A DNA stretch of 64,000 nt from Chrysemys picta bellii (lineage: Eukaryota), in contig NC_088815.1 of the NCBI RefSeq assembly GCF_011386835.1, forward strand, positions 13,206,001 to 13,270,000, in the 5' to 3' direction. Under the pieces are notes generated by a model. It was not told where the DNA came from. It saw only the letters and a list, made by a program, of their open reading frames with translations, and searched no databases. This document shows, piece after piece, positions 35,251 through 48,690 of this stretch. A program made the translations under genes and the position numbers. The stretch's first letter is position 1; the number at the start of each line of letters is the position of its first letter.

Positions 35251-36703
35251 TGCTACCCATGGGAATTCTTCACTATAAAAAACTGGAAGCCATGTGTGTG
35301 TTGCCATTTCTCCAGTTGGAAAAGAGAGAAAAAGGAAAACAAACCAGAAAAAAAAAACTTTATATGACCTGCATGTTAAAGACAGATTCTCATTTTCTTC
35401 CCCTACCCCTGTGCCTGCCCCTAAATCCCTCTTTTCCCTCTGGAAGATCCAGCAAGCAGTAAACACAAACCAGCATCAATTGTCTTTCTAGAACTCAGAA
35501 AACCAACCACATTGTTACCTGCTACGTTGAGGATTTTAATCCGTTTTCAAGGACACAGCACTCTTCGCTGTAAGAAGCCTCTACCCTCCTGACCGGCTGC
35601 TTAAAAGGAGTGAACAGCTCCATTCCCCTTCTGACATCTTTTCATCATGTTGAAGAGACGCCAATGTTTAAACGCAATTAACCCATCGCAGCTCATTGAA
35701 TCTCCTTGCACCCAACAGCTGGGTGTCAAAAAATTGCTTACGTTCACTGCATTTCTCATTCGGGTGCATAGCGATACTGCTGATGCGGTTTCTACACAGG
35801 AGATTAAGATGGTGGACATCTCTAAAGGCATTTGTGAGTGTAAGTGTATTTTGGGGCATGGGTTGCCTGGAGTAAGACCATTTTCTGTGACTCCTTCAAA
35901 TTGAGCATTTTTGATACACTTTTTTCAGATCTTTTTTGCCAATAATGACACACTTTATCTAGTGTTTTAAAAAAAAATCATGGTTCTATCTTTGTCAGCT
36001 GTCCTCTGCGGTAGTTGTGGAGGGAGAAGATTTGACTCCTTTTAGTTCAAGTTTTTAGAAGTTTTAGTTTTTATTGTCTCTTGCGTGTGAGTGGTCTCAG
36101 AGATCAGAGCTTCTGTGATAGAGATGGGAGTTGCAGATACCCGTTTCAGAGGGGCTCGAGTTGCTGAAAACATGGGAATGTGAGTTGGTGGAATAAAACT
36201 GCTGTTTGGGTCCATAATATACTGACTGGTCACTAACTGTGGGACTGGCAAGGAGCTCTTATGCCTCAGTGTATTACAGGCAGGGTTGGGAGGGGACCCA
36301 TGTAATTTATCAGAATAAATGTCCTGCATCTACCAGGACCTCTAATATTACCAAAATGATTCTGTAGTTCAGGCGCTCAGTAGCGGACTGACTTCAAAAT
36401 GTGTAAGTGAATCCATTGCAAATTCCACTAGTCAAGCTCAGAGGGACTTTATAAACCTGAGGTTCAAGCTAGAGTAACTCAGAGAGTAGGAGGGGATGTG
36501 TGTGAAGTCTCATATTGCCAGGTGCAAGAAAAGCATCTAGTTTAAAGCTTGGTAGGTGTAAGAGATTAAAAAGCCTGGGGGATGAGTGAGGGGTGGGAAG
36601 TGTGCGTCCAAGTAAATAGGTTTTTGTTGTTGTTTTGATACCATCTGTAAACAACTTTTTTTAAATACTCTAACTGTGGTCACTGTAACTTGTGGAGAAT
36701 AAA
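35251..36703 (+). other. SGTA: Probable SGTA non-coding terminal exon (3' UTR; end uncertain)
   Basis: Acceptor ttgtcttcctgtctttgcag| at 35250; AATAAA at 36192, 36314 and 36698. Confidence 0.5.
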
Positions 36704-39700
36704 ATACTTTGATGCTCTCTTTGTCATCCCTTTTGACCAAAGGTGACCAAAACAGCAAAGCCTCTAGGCCACAGGGTGTGACTGGCTTGCCCAGTCTCTT
36801 CATAGGAATAATTAATTTGGGCCCCAGGCCTGGGATAGATCACTCATGAGTGGACTGCTGCACCTGTATGGAGCTCTGCTCGCTTCAGTGGGGTCTGCCC
36901 AGATACAGCAATCCACCCTGGTGCCAACGCTTGCAGGATGGAGACCTTGCTTTCACTGTGCAACAGTTACAACTGGAGAAAACCTACATGTGGTTTTTCT
37001 TTCCCCCTCACGACCCCTCTTTGCTGCTTGTTTTTCTCCTTTATGTGAAACTCTCTCCCTGCATATTTCTAAGCAATTTGGCAAGAGAAACCCGACAGGA
37101 TCTTTGATAAGTTACACTGAAAATGAATAACAAGGGAGAGATGCCAGCTAAAATTCACAACCTACTTAGCAATCGGTCTCCATTTGTTACCGAGTCCACC
37201 TTAGACTGATACCATTTACATTTTCAAATATTCTAATTTTCCTTTTCATGCAGCTTATTTACTATAGTATGTGGCTCAGCTTGGCCATTGAAAATAGGCT
37301 AGTCAGTTTCACTTCCTTTATATGCAGCTTTTAATCAGTTTCACTCTGGGTGTCCTACCTTGGCAGTGTGCTGCAACCAGGGGAATGTCGCTACTTTGAA
37401 AATTAACTGGTCCCATAGCAATTTTTTTAAAATTGGTGGAAATAGATCATTAAATGTTGGAATGGCTGATTATTACTTAAACTCCTGGAAAATATTGGAC
37501 CTAAATTCTTCCCTTAAACTATTGCAGTTTAGCAGTAGTTTTTTAGATATATGTAAGGACGTGTTTTAAAGGGACACTATCAATTTAAAAATCATACTTC
37601 TGTCTCAAGATTTTTATCAGTAACACTCAAGATTACTTGAAATGGAAGAGCTCAGTGAAACAAACAATGTTTTATTCTTGTTTCATTTTGTGCATTTGAC
37701 AGCATTGTATAAAGACAGTTTTGTTGCTTTCCCTTTTAGAGTCTGTGTCCTAAGTTTAGGTGGGTCTTTCCCAAAGTAATGAGAGAAGAAACAGTTAAAA
37801 CCAGGAACATGAAATTGTAGAACCACAAAGCTATGGGGCAGTTGTGGAGCTAGAGATTACTTTAAATTCAATATTTTTAAGCAATAAGGTTTCAGGCTGG
37901 TGATGTCCCTTTCATGTGACTTGATTAGAGTAGAATATTTTATGATTTTTTTTTTTTTTACATTAAGTAAAACCTCTTAGGTCAGCAAGGCAGGACAAAT
38001 TGCAGCGTGTTCTTGCATGAGCAGTGGTCGGGGTCTCTCGTCCCTTTTCGAGGCTGCTGTAAGATCACAATTCGAGAATCACTCCCGGGGGATTGCACTC
38101 TGCTCTCATTTCCCTTTTTTTGACTGACTTTACTGCTTTGGTTCCTTATGCATCTTTCCCACCTGGGTTGTCTTGTCACCATGTTTATTTTCTTGTGTCT
38201 TTTTGAGCGTTACCCAAAGGATATTTTAAATTCAGTGTTGTAAAAACGACATCCACCTCACCACAAATTTTATTATGGACTGTTCAAGAACGGGCGTGGC
38301 ATTTTAAGACTGTTCTTAGGGCTTCAAACTTTCTCCCCCCATCTTCCTAGCAAAAACAGATAACTTTATAGGAAACGGCTATGATTGGATGATCCAATGT
38401 AGCATGTGGAAAACAGCTAATATTTAGTCATGTCTCGCTCTCTGGAATACCTGCATCTACAGTCCATCTCACAAGCTGAAGGGGTGCAACTCCTCTCACT
38501 GCGTGTATCCTGTGCAGAGAACTTTTTGTTTTGGTGAGGCTTTCACTTCGTCCCCTGGGACCTTCTGTAGCTAGCAGTTCACATGCAGCACCTGCAGTGC
38601 TACATTTAAAACTTAACTAATGCATTCAAATGTTTTTATTTTAAACCCCCCCCCCCATATTATAAAGATAAAACACGTAGAAAGTGAAACTGCGTGATGT
38701 CCTTGCAGTTTAGAACTTCAGTGTGGGAGCCATTGGCTAACTCTCTTTCTCGCCTCCTTTTTGGTGTGATATTTTTTTTAAACAGTGGTTCACAGATACT
38801 GAAGGGTTTTTTTTAACCTTCCAGTTTAAGTCTTTCTAAATGGCAAAAGAGCATTGCATTCCTGCAGCTGGGTGAACGGTGTGTGTCTAACAAAAGTTTC
38901 CCTGGCAGCAGCATTCGTAGCCGATGCCTCAATGGATACAGTGAGGTTCTCAGCCAGAGTTGTGGCCTCCAGCTCCATAACCAGGCCCCCACCCTGGAAA
39001 CAAACTGGTCTTTTCTGGCTTTGAAGTTACTTGTAGCTTCTGTTTTCCTCACAAGCATGATTACTTTGCGCAGGTGTAAGAAAGATGCAGATCTACAGAA
39101 CAGGCTTTGTCAGGCCTGACTATAACTTCGCTCCCAACAAGAAACGATTTCTGTGGCTCTGTCACCAGCTATGAAACTACAAACTATGAAACTCAGCCCT
39201 TGGACAAAGTCCATCCCTTAAAGTAGAGTAGTCCCAGGGAGAAATTGGACTCTCAATGTGAAACTTGAAGCTTCCAGTTAAGGTGCTGCTATGCCTCTCA
39301 TTTCTAGTCCTAGAGGTGAACTTCAGTAGTGAATATTGGTCTTAAGCAATTCACTAGTGCTTGGTAAGTTTGAGCCTGGTGAGGTTCTTAGAGAAATACA
39401 TGCTCCACAATGTCCCTTGGCCCTGATCCTGGGTTGTGCTTTCTAAGTGCTACAGTAATATCAACTAACATCCTGTAGCTCTGATGTTAACTGTAAGTAT
39501 CCTCATCTTTTCCCCCCAGTTCCCACCTTCCCACTGTAATCTCAGCCAGCCACTGAGCCCTCAGGCACAGAAGAAGGCCAGATGTAAATAGGGAAAAGCA
39601 AAGGTTTCTTGTGTCTGTCTCATTCGGGAGTCGGCAAAGGGAAAAGTTCTGTTGTCTCCTTTCCACTGAGCAGCCCTGACAGACCGGCCCTGTGTCATCA

Positions 39701-41979
39701 TTCATCTTACCTCCCCGTAGAGCAGAGCACCTGCTGGTACCTTGGTGCAGCCTGTGCCTTCCTGTCTCACTCTGACTCCTCTGCTTAGGGCTGCAAATGT
39801 CTGTCCTTCCCAACAGCACCTCTGTGTATTCAGAGCCGTCTGTTTCACAAAGCCAGTTGCCTTTCATCATCTTTGCAGATTTCCAATGAGCTTGAGAGGA
39901 TTTCTTGCTCCCGCCTCCCAAACCTTTGCTTGAAAAGAAGCAGGTTTGGTTTCTCCTCTACCTCCACCCCTCAGCCTGGGAAATGTTGTTTGTCTTGTTG
40001 GCTTTTCAGCTTTGCTACTATTACATGTGCATGTGTCAGCTGATAGAAATGCTACTTGGCTCTTCCCCAGGCAGGATGGTCAGTGCCCAGTTTGTGCCAG
40101 AAGCACAGCTGTTTGAGATGAAGATGTGTGGTTGAAGGAATAGCGTCAATTTCTCCCCACCTTGCACTCAATTCATGATCATTCCTGACAGTATGTATTC
40201 TTAGGGCTTAATACAGTCCACATGCTAATGATGGGGCTTCCATTACCTCCCTTGCAGCTCTTCACAGTTGAAAAGCTCTTCATTGGGAAAGTTTTTCCTT
40301 CGTATTCAGCCTAGATGTTTTCCTTTATTTGTTCCTAGGTATGTGTTCTTAATCTAGCCAAACCAATTCCTCTCCCTCTTTTGTGTGTACACCCATCCAA
40401 TACTGGCAGCCATTGTCCGTCCCCTCTTATAATGTCCTGCAAAATGCATTTATTTTACATCCCATGGATTCTGATCTTCTTTCCAAACAAAATTCATTGG
40501 AAAACAGCATCTTGTGCATCAAAATATTTGCTGTTACCTATAAGTCCAAGGGTTTGTGGGGATGTAAAGGCCTCCTCCGGTAACCTGGCAGGTGCAGAAC
40601 TGATGTAGTGGGGAGAGAGTACCTAGGGTCACCCACCATCACTTACAGGTGTTGAACTGCTCCTTGCCTTGTGTATTTACAGCAGTTTTGCCAAAGGTTG
40701 GGAGAATATTTAGTACAGGTGGACATTTCCTAAGCTGTGAGTGAATGTCAGCCGGATTTTACCATAGCCCCTGTGCAATGGTTTGTGCAGTTAGAGGTGC
40801 AGAGCAAACCACCTTTTCTGTTTGCAAATGCAATAGTAGGACTTTTCCTGGGAGCAGAAATCCAGACCTGTAAGCTGGAAGGTGAGTCATGCCCTAACGA
40901 GCGCCTCTAGAGGGGGTATGGGGGGAGACGCTTCTTACTTGTCACTCTTGACCATCCACCTACAATGCAGAGAGAGGAAGGTTCTGTGTTTAGAATTTTT
41001 ATTTTTAAGGGAGAGGACCTACTTACTCCCCTGTGAGAACGAAGTCTTCTAACTTCTCAACAGGACAGCAGCACACGTGGTGGTGCTGGTTGTTCCCATA
41101 GACGCTACCTCCACCACTGTGTCTCAGTCCTGAATTCCGGTCACCTCTAGAACTGAGGGTTCAGTCTCCGTTGTCTCTACCTCTCTGCTTAGACAGCCAG
41201 GGACCTGGTCCACACTAATGAGGCTGGTGTTTCTTTGTGATGTGGATGTTTGGCTGCTGCCCTGAGTGCCCCCGACTCAACTTGCTTCACATTCTGCAGG
41301 TTGCTATTTTCATTCACTCCCACCTTGTCTGTTCTAATGACTGCCGTAGGGCTAAAATGTTCCGTATCCCCATTGTGAGCTACCTTGGCTCTGGCTGATG
41401 TATACTGTTTTGGTAGACTTTGACTCCCCTCTAGCAAGGCAGTTGCTGAACTTTGCTAACAGCTTCTGCTCAAGCATTTTCTCTTTCAGAGCAGAGGCTT
41501 CTGTTGAAAGCTGCTGTTCTCACACTGATACCACCGCTCTTCCCTTGCTCAAGTCTTATTCATCTGAGGGTCCCTCAGAACTTTAGATGCTAGTTCACTG
41601 TAGGGGGGCTACTGCTTGTCCTGTTTTCCAGTTAAGGAAACAACTACAGGGAGGGGATGTGAGTTGCTCATGGTCACCAAAGAAGTCCCTGCTGAAGCTG
41701 AAAGCAGAACCCGGGAATCATCCTCCTCCCTCCCCCGTGCTGCTGGAATGAATGGTATAGCAGGGGGTGCTGAAAGCCACTGAACCAAACTCTACCCCCT
41801 TTATATAATAGAAACCAATTCAAACTCGGGTGAGCGGCAGCACCCTTAGTTCCAGCACCTCTGCCCTCCCCTGCTGAACCCACCAGCCCCATACGTACAA
41901 TGCCACTTTCAGCACCAATTGCCCCTGGACAGCTCTGCAGCCTCTAGAACAGGCACCGGAACCTTTCACAGCGGGCTCT

Positions 41980-42211
41980 TGTTTCTCCTCGGGCCCTCAT
42001 CAGCGACACACCCCGGAGCCCGGGGGGCATTGTCCTGGCTTCATGGGTAGGCGAGGCCAGCGACGCTGATTGGCGTTCCTTCCAGCCAGTGAGAAATGGC
42101 GGTTTCTCGCCTGGCGTCCCCAGCAGCCAATCACAGGTGGACGTCTCCGGAAAGGGTGGGACCTCAGTGTTGGGGGTTGCCTGGGCGTGGAGCCGGCCAA
42201 AGATCCCGAAG
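41980..42211 (+). promoter_or_regulatory. SLC39A3: SLC39A3 CpG promoter and non-coding exon 1
   Basis: CCAAT boxes (ctgattggc near 42067, agccaatca near 42124), GC-box-like gggcgtgg, strong donor GAAG|gtaagt at 42212. Confidence 0.75.
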
Positions 42212-45200
42212 GTAAGTGAGGAGGGACCGTCCCGGAACCCGGGCGCGCTGGGGGACAAGGCCCTGTTTGGGGGGGGGGGAGCAGTGGGGGCACCTGGGGG
42301 GTGGGACATGGAGGGGGGCAGACAGGTGGGGGAGGGGGATTTAGAAGGGAGGTCAGGTGAGGACAGAGGGGGAGGGGGAAATTGGGGGCGGGGGGGGGGG
42401 GGGGCTGGCATGAGAGATCCAGGCCCTGGGTGGAAGCCTGGGGACGGGTCATTAGAGGGTCTAGGAGCCCTGGGCCTCCTGGGAATCAGAGACAAGGAGC
42501 TGGGGGTGGCCAAGGGGCCCCTGGGGCAGGTGGCCACGTAGTCCTGGTGCTGGGTGAGCCTGGCCCCAGGGACCAAGGGGCTAGTTTGAGGGGATGGGGA
42601 CAGGGGTCGTGCTGCCGCCTGGATGCAAAACGAGGCGACTTTATCCTGCTACGGCCCAGCTCTGCGAGGCGGGTGAGATGTCCCCCCACATCCCAAGGCT
42701 GGCAGGGCTTTAAGATGTCCGGCCATACTTTGGGGGCAGTGTGATGGTGTAGTGACCCAACAGCACTACGCTCTGAGGAGGCAGCAAAGCTAGGGGGAGA
42801 GTAGCCCCCCAAATGAGGGACCAGCAGCAGCTAGAAAATGCATTTGGGGTTCCAACCCTCATGTCTTGGGTCAGCATTTTTGATGCCCTAGGAACGCAGG
42901 AGCGACCATCCTCTGTCAGAAGACTGTTCAATCTAAATTTGCCGTGCCCAGCCCAGTTTGATAGGGCTGTCATATGAGTTACAGGCATTAATAACCTTCC
43001 CAAATATTTTCAGGGATCCCAGCATGGTCTTGTTTGTATGACAACATAGCATGAGCAGAACATCATATCGACTTTCTCCTGGAGATCAAAGCATTTACAA
43101 ATGGCAAACTTGATTTGTCACTGTCCCTTTTTTTCAAGTCACCAGTCCAGTTTTCATGTGCCTTTTCAGGGAGAGAGAGGGGGCATTAAAACACTCCTTG
43201 GGTCTGGTACAATGTTATAATGCAACAATTTTGTTCTGGGAGAAATTATCTACAAAATGGTAATTCCCCTCTGCTATTAGAACCATGCAGCTCAGAAAGG
43301 AAAACATTCTGCAGACGAGTAATACACTGTTCTTAAAAGATTGTGCATTGCTCCAAAGAAACTAAGAGTGTTTCCAATCAGAGTATATTCAGAATCCTCT
43401 GTGGACTTTGATTGCTAATTCAGTATAGGCAAGACAGCTAATGTTGAATATGTTACCTTTAGTTAGACAAACATATGTTTTAATACACATGCATTGGGGA
43501 AGATACTTTCTTCAGGATTGACAACTCTGGAGAATGAAGTTCTCTCTAGCTACAGATCAGGTACAGTGAAGGTAGTGGCAGATCAACTTTACTGGCAATG
43601 TACCTAAGCCCTGACCTGGACAGACCACCTTGGAAACATGATAGAGGAGTTCTCTCTCTCAATTTGTTCACTCTTTGGCTTCTCTGCCAACTTTGAAAAT
43701 GGAACCGGTTGGCCCACTTGTTGGAAAAGGTATTTTTTCATGATTGGGCATGCCTCTCCACCAAAAACTTGACTGAGATCCAGCAACTCACTTCACACAC
43801 ACCACCAGACAGCCATCAGACAGTAACCCCTTTAATTCACTACTGGCTTGGGGTTGAATTGGAACTGTTAACCTACAGATGAAAGGCCCTAAATCCTTTT
43901 ACCAGACCCACAGCCATTTAATTTTTTTTTAAATAAACAAAAGTGTAGAATAACCCAGACCAAGGAAATCTGTAGCCCCAAGGTTTTTTGTTTTCAATCT
44001 CATTTGCTGGTCCAGTAACCAGGTATCCAATTATCTACCTTGTCCATCATTGGTTTGAGCATTGGGATGGCTATGAACATTTTCTCTTTGTTCATTAGAG
44101 TGAAATATATTGTGGTTCAGATTGCTGAGTGCTCCCGGCCGTAAGGAACTCTTTACCTTTGAGTCACGGCAGTAAGAACCTCTCAACATGCCGTTGATTT
44201 GACTTTGTAACTTAGTTCAGTGTAATAGCTAAGGGAAGTAGGCTAGAAACTTAGCTGTGCTTCTTCCTAATTTCTAGATCTCAAGGGAAACATCATTGAT
44301 GATGGTATACCTTTAAAAAATGTTTAATCTTAATTTAACCCATTTCTTCTTTTAAAGTGCTTTGTGGGATACAAATTGCATCCTGGTTGCATATGCCATG
44401 TGGGGGGGAAAACTTTTATGTTTCAGAGTAAATTGTTTATAATGATCCAGGGAGCTTGAGTTTTACATCTTTGTCTTCTGCGAAGCTACCATCTGTTCGT
44501 TCTTTCACCCACTCTGTTGTTGTTCTGTATGAGAAAATAAAGAATAAACACTGAATTTCTGCCTAGGGCTTCCCTTTAAAGCGGCATACTACAGATGATT
44601 TAGGTTTTTGCTAAACAAAAATAATCCTATTTCAAACCCTAATAATATACATGATTTCAGGATTGTTTAGTCATTTAATTTAAAACAGGCTTTTAAAATA
44701 ATTCAGCCATTCACCTGCAGAATTGGCAGCCCAAACATTGCAGCAGGATTTTCAGCCCAACCATAGCTACATTGCAATCCGGGCATAAGAAACTGAAACT
44801 GACCCAGCTAAGTAAAATTTAAAAAGAAAACCACATCATTGGTAAAAGTGGAATTTCAACAACATACCCTAGGTGAAGTAATATTCTTCCAAGGTGGCTT
44901 GAATTAAAGCCCTTATCCTGCAGTTGGATTTTGGTGGGTGCAAAGTTCTGCCCATGTGGATCCAATTGCAGGATTGGTACCTGCATTCTCTGCGTTTTAC
45001 TGTGCCTGGGTCTCTGATGGTGCCTTAAAAACGGAGGCTGTCTCTATTCAGTATGAAAGATCCGGTGGTGCTTTTTACAGGATTACGAGTTTGCCTTGTG
45101 TCCTAACTTTGAAAATTTCCCTTTTCTCTGCTTACCTCCTTATCCCCATTTGTGCGTGCTAGCTGTTTGGTTCCCTCCGCTCTAGAGATGGCTGCATTTT

Positions 45201-45470
45201 AGTGGTGAGGGACGTAATTCCTGTGCATAGACTGAAATGCAAGTTTGGGATGACAGGCGCTCTGTTAGATAGTAGAACTAGTTATTTACAGAGGAAAATA
45301 TCATTTGTCTTGCTCCTTTCCACAGCTAGCGAGCTCAGAAGCATGATTCGCTGGAGACTTGTTTTTGCTGTTTAAATGCTGATGTAACAATTACAGTAAC
45401 TATCTGAAGGACCCCAGCAAACTCACTTTTCACAGAGTCCCTGGCAGGGGACATTCTCCAGGGAGACAAG

Positions 45471-45677
45471 ATGAATATCAAAGCAGTCAAAGTTCTGTGT
45501 CTGCTGGGGGTCTTTTTCCTCATGCTGCTTGGGTCCCTCCTGCCCGTCAAGATAATAGAAGCGGATTATGAGAAAGCTCATCGCTCCAGGAAGGTCATTG
45601 CCCTCTGCAATTCCTTCGGAGGAGGGGTCTTCCTGGCCACCTGCTTCAACGCCTTGCTCCCCGCCGTACGAGAAAAG
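45471..45677 (+). CDS. SLC39A3: SLC39A3 first coding exon (69 aa)
   Basis: MNIKAVKVLCLLGVFFLMLLGSLLPVKIIE...ALLPAVREK. Confidence 0.95.
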
Positions 45678-46996
45678 GTAGCTGTGGGCAAACTCGGTGG
45701 GGTTTTGTTTTGCAGCTGTAATGACTCCGTTTTGTTCTGATGCGGGGATTTGGGAGAGTCTCTGCTTTCAGATGATATTGCTTTGAAGATGTTGTCCGAT
45801 ATGATAATGGTGCTATGGGTTTCCCAGTGTGTTCAGGAAGCTACCACGTTATCAGACTAAACCCTCTGCTCTGCCAGCTAGTGCCCAACATCTCCACATA
45901 GGGGCTTCTCCTAATCCCAGTCCTACAAAGGCACATGCATGGGCTGCCCTTAACCCCAGACTCATCCTTCTGAGACTAGGCCGTCCCAGCGTCATTGCAT
46001 ATTAAAGTGCACACCATTAAACAGAAGCCATGGGAACCCCAGGAAGAGACTGATCCTTAAAGCAAGGTGGAGGATCCTAGAGACCCAGTAACACAAGCCT
46101 GATGTACCCTAGCGAATGCCCGTGGTTGGGAACCTGCTGTGGTTCCGGCCTTTACATTGAAAACGTTTCAAGTTTAGGGCGGAGTCCCCCCATGTCATTT
46201 TTAATGGTGAACGATGCAGCCAGTTTCACTGCAGATTCCTTTTCCTTTGTTCCAGCTTCAAGAAGTTCTCAAGCTTGGGAAGGTGACCACAGACTACCCC
46301 CTGGCCGAGACCATCATGCTGCTGGGCTTCTTTCTGACTGTCTTTGTGGAGCAGCTCATCCTGACCTTTCGGAAGGAGAAGCCTTCCTTCATCGACTTGG
46401 AGACCTTCAACGCCGGCTCAGACGTCGGGAGTGACTCAGAATATGAGAGCCCCTTCATCGCATCTTCCAGAGGGCGCACGCTTTACCATGAGCACAGCCA
46501 CCACTCCCACAGCCATGGCTTGAACGTCCAGGAACTTTCCCAATCCAGCCCCTTGCGGCTCTTCAGCCTGGTGTTTGCCTTGTCTGCCCACTCCATCTTT
46601 GAGGGCCTGGCCCTGGGCCTCCAGGAGGAAGGAAACAAAGTCATGAGTCTGTTCTTGGGTGTGGCCATCCACGAGACGCTGGTGGCTGTGGCACTGGGCA
46701 TCAGCATGGCTAAGATCTCATTAACACTGAAGGACGCTGCCAAGCTAGCACTTACGGTGAGTTTGATGATTCCTTTGGGCATTGGGATCGGCATGGGCAT
46801 CGAGAGCGCCCAGAACGTGGCCAGCAGCGTGGCTTCTGTGCTCTTACAGGGCATTGCTGCGGGAACTTTCTTGTTTGTCACCTTCTTTGAGATCCTGGCA
46901 AAGGAACTGGAAGATAAGAATGATCGCCTGCTGAAGGTCCTCTTCCTGGTCTTGGGCTACACGGCCTTGGCGTTGCTCGTCTTTTTCAAGTGGTGA
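45471..46996 (+). CDS. SLC39A3: Zinc transporter ZIP3, 2 coding exons (45471-45677, 46256-46996), 315 aa
   Basis: CNSFGGGVFLATCF, HSIFEGLALG and HETLVAVALG ZIP signatures; C-terminus DRLLKVLFLVLGYTALALLVFFKW*; phase-0 intron AAG|gtagct...tccag|CTT. Confidence 0.97.
46256..46996 (+). CDS. SLC39A3: SLC39A3 terminal coding exon (246 aa)
   Basis: LQEVLKLGKVTTDYPLAETIM...FFKW*. Confidence 0.97.
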   Translation, partial: LQEVLKLGKVTTDYPLAETIMLLGFFLTVFVEQLILTFRKEKPSFIDLETFNAGSDVGSDSEYESPFIASSRGRTLYHEHSHHSHSHGLNVQELSQSSPLRLFSLVFALSAHSIFEGLALGLQEEGNKVMSLFLGVAIHETLVAVALGISMAKISLTLKDAAKLALTVSLMIPLGIGIGMGIESAQNVASSVASVLLQGIAAGTFLFVTFFEILAKELEDKNDRLLKVLFLVLGYTALALLVFFKW

Positions 46997-48494
46997 AGGC
47001 TGGAGCGACGGACAGTAAACCCCGACTCCTCCCCGTTGTAAATGGTGCCGAGAACAAGACCCCTTTCCAGCCAAGTAGGGACGCAGAGGAACACCACAGT
47101 CTGGGGGGTGTTTACGCATCGACCTGGCAAAGGGAGAATTGTTCCCTGGGGTGCACAGAAAATGAGATTGGGGAGTGTCCAAAAAGAGGTTTCGTGTGGC
47201 ATTGGAACAATGGGTTGGGGAGTTGGTGCAGAGATTGCTGGAGGTCGTGATGAAGTAGTTGGCTGTAACATTGCCTCCGAAGGGACCTTGTCAGCGGTGT
47301 GTTCTGCTATTTGTCTAGAGATCCCACCCCCCAGCACAGGATAACCTGTGTCTCCTGCCTTCAGGCTCTGGGCTCCAAGGAGGTGAAAAGTAATGGAGAA
47401 ATCAGACTGAAAGCGGGCTGGGATAATGGAGCGTAAGACAGCACTAAGCTGCTTGTACCAGTTTAGTTTTGAGTAGAAACCTGGCTGGTGTTATTACCTG
47501 CCAAAAATATCAACTGTTCTGGGATTCCACAAATGTCTTTTAGGTGTGATTTGAGCCAGGATCCTCTGGTGGCAGAGCGTCCGGTAACCCACAAAAAGTC
47601 CATCGCGTCGGTATTGTCCCTGAGAGATTAATCAAAGAAACAGGCCAGAGTCCTTTTTACCCCCACGGGTCATGTTCCATCACTGTTGTCTGGCCCTTCA
47701 TTGCACAGTCACTGATGTGAATCTCTAGGAGTTTGGGTAATGATCACTTTGAAAAATTTAGCCTTAAAATCCAGAATCCTTTCCAAAGCATCCAGGGAGC
47801 TTTGGCTACATGGTCTTGAATTGGTACAAATGGATGTTTGCAATTTCCAGAATCCATAGTTTGGTCATTTCAATTGTCCGAGGTGGATTTTGGTTTGTGG
47901 GGGGATCACCCTTGGATGGATCTGAAATGACTCTCCCAAAGCCACGTCTTCTTTGTGCTAACGTGTTTGCTTCTCTCTTATACCGGCACATCTCTTGGAC
48001 TGACGAGGACCAACTGATGGTGTCTGGCAACCAATATTTTAATTGCTACAGAACACCAGAGTTAATTAATCTTACTTGGAAGAAATGGGGAGGGGCTAAT
48101 TTTAGGCCTCAGATGACCCCAGTTAGCAAGGGCCAATTAAAATTCAGTTTGGCTTGATGTGCCAATTTGGTTCCCAAATACAGAATTGTGGGCAGGTGGC
48201 ATTGTAAACGTTCTCTCTGTTTTCTCACTCGTAGCTAGCCACCACATGGACGTTTGGCTCTGGCTTTGATGGCGAGACAGGCATAGTGTCCATAATGACT
48301 TGGCTGTTTCTGCGTGTAAAAAACATTCAATCAGATATGCAAACTACACAACGGCTGTAAAACACGAGTGGCGAGGGAGTATCCTTGGGGGGCTTTGATG
48401 CCGTGAGATAGGATAGATTGTATTCTTTCCTGCTCTCCCACGCCACCTTCGTATCCGGGAATCTATCCGTTTGGTTTGGATCTTGAATCGTCCT

Positions 48495-48690
48495 CACCAC
48501 TGGAGTGACTGAGACCTGGGGGATGAGTCTAGATGTTCTGAGTTCAATTCTGACCCACAGAAGCCCTGAGTGACCTTGGGTAGGTCTTTCCCCCTCTGTA
48601 AAAAGGGGCTGATGATATTTATCCTGCCTCCTGGGGGTGTTGTGAGAATTAGCCAGTTAATGTCCCAGCTACGGAAGTGCTGAGTATTAT
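48495..48690 (+). mobile_element. MIR-like SINE
   Basis: gttctgagttcaattctg...gtgaccttgggtaggtc...ctgtaaaaaggg...ggaagtgctgagtattat. Confidence 0.6.

Noticed and set aside
46102-46255. Upstream in-frame extension MQPVSLQIPFPLFQ of the last SLC39A3 exon
   Set aside because: This is the polypyrimidine tract and acceptor of the intron; splicing from 45677 gives the complete ZIP3.
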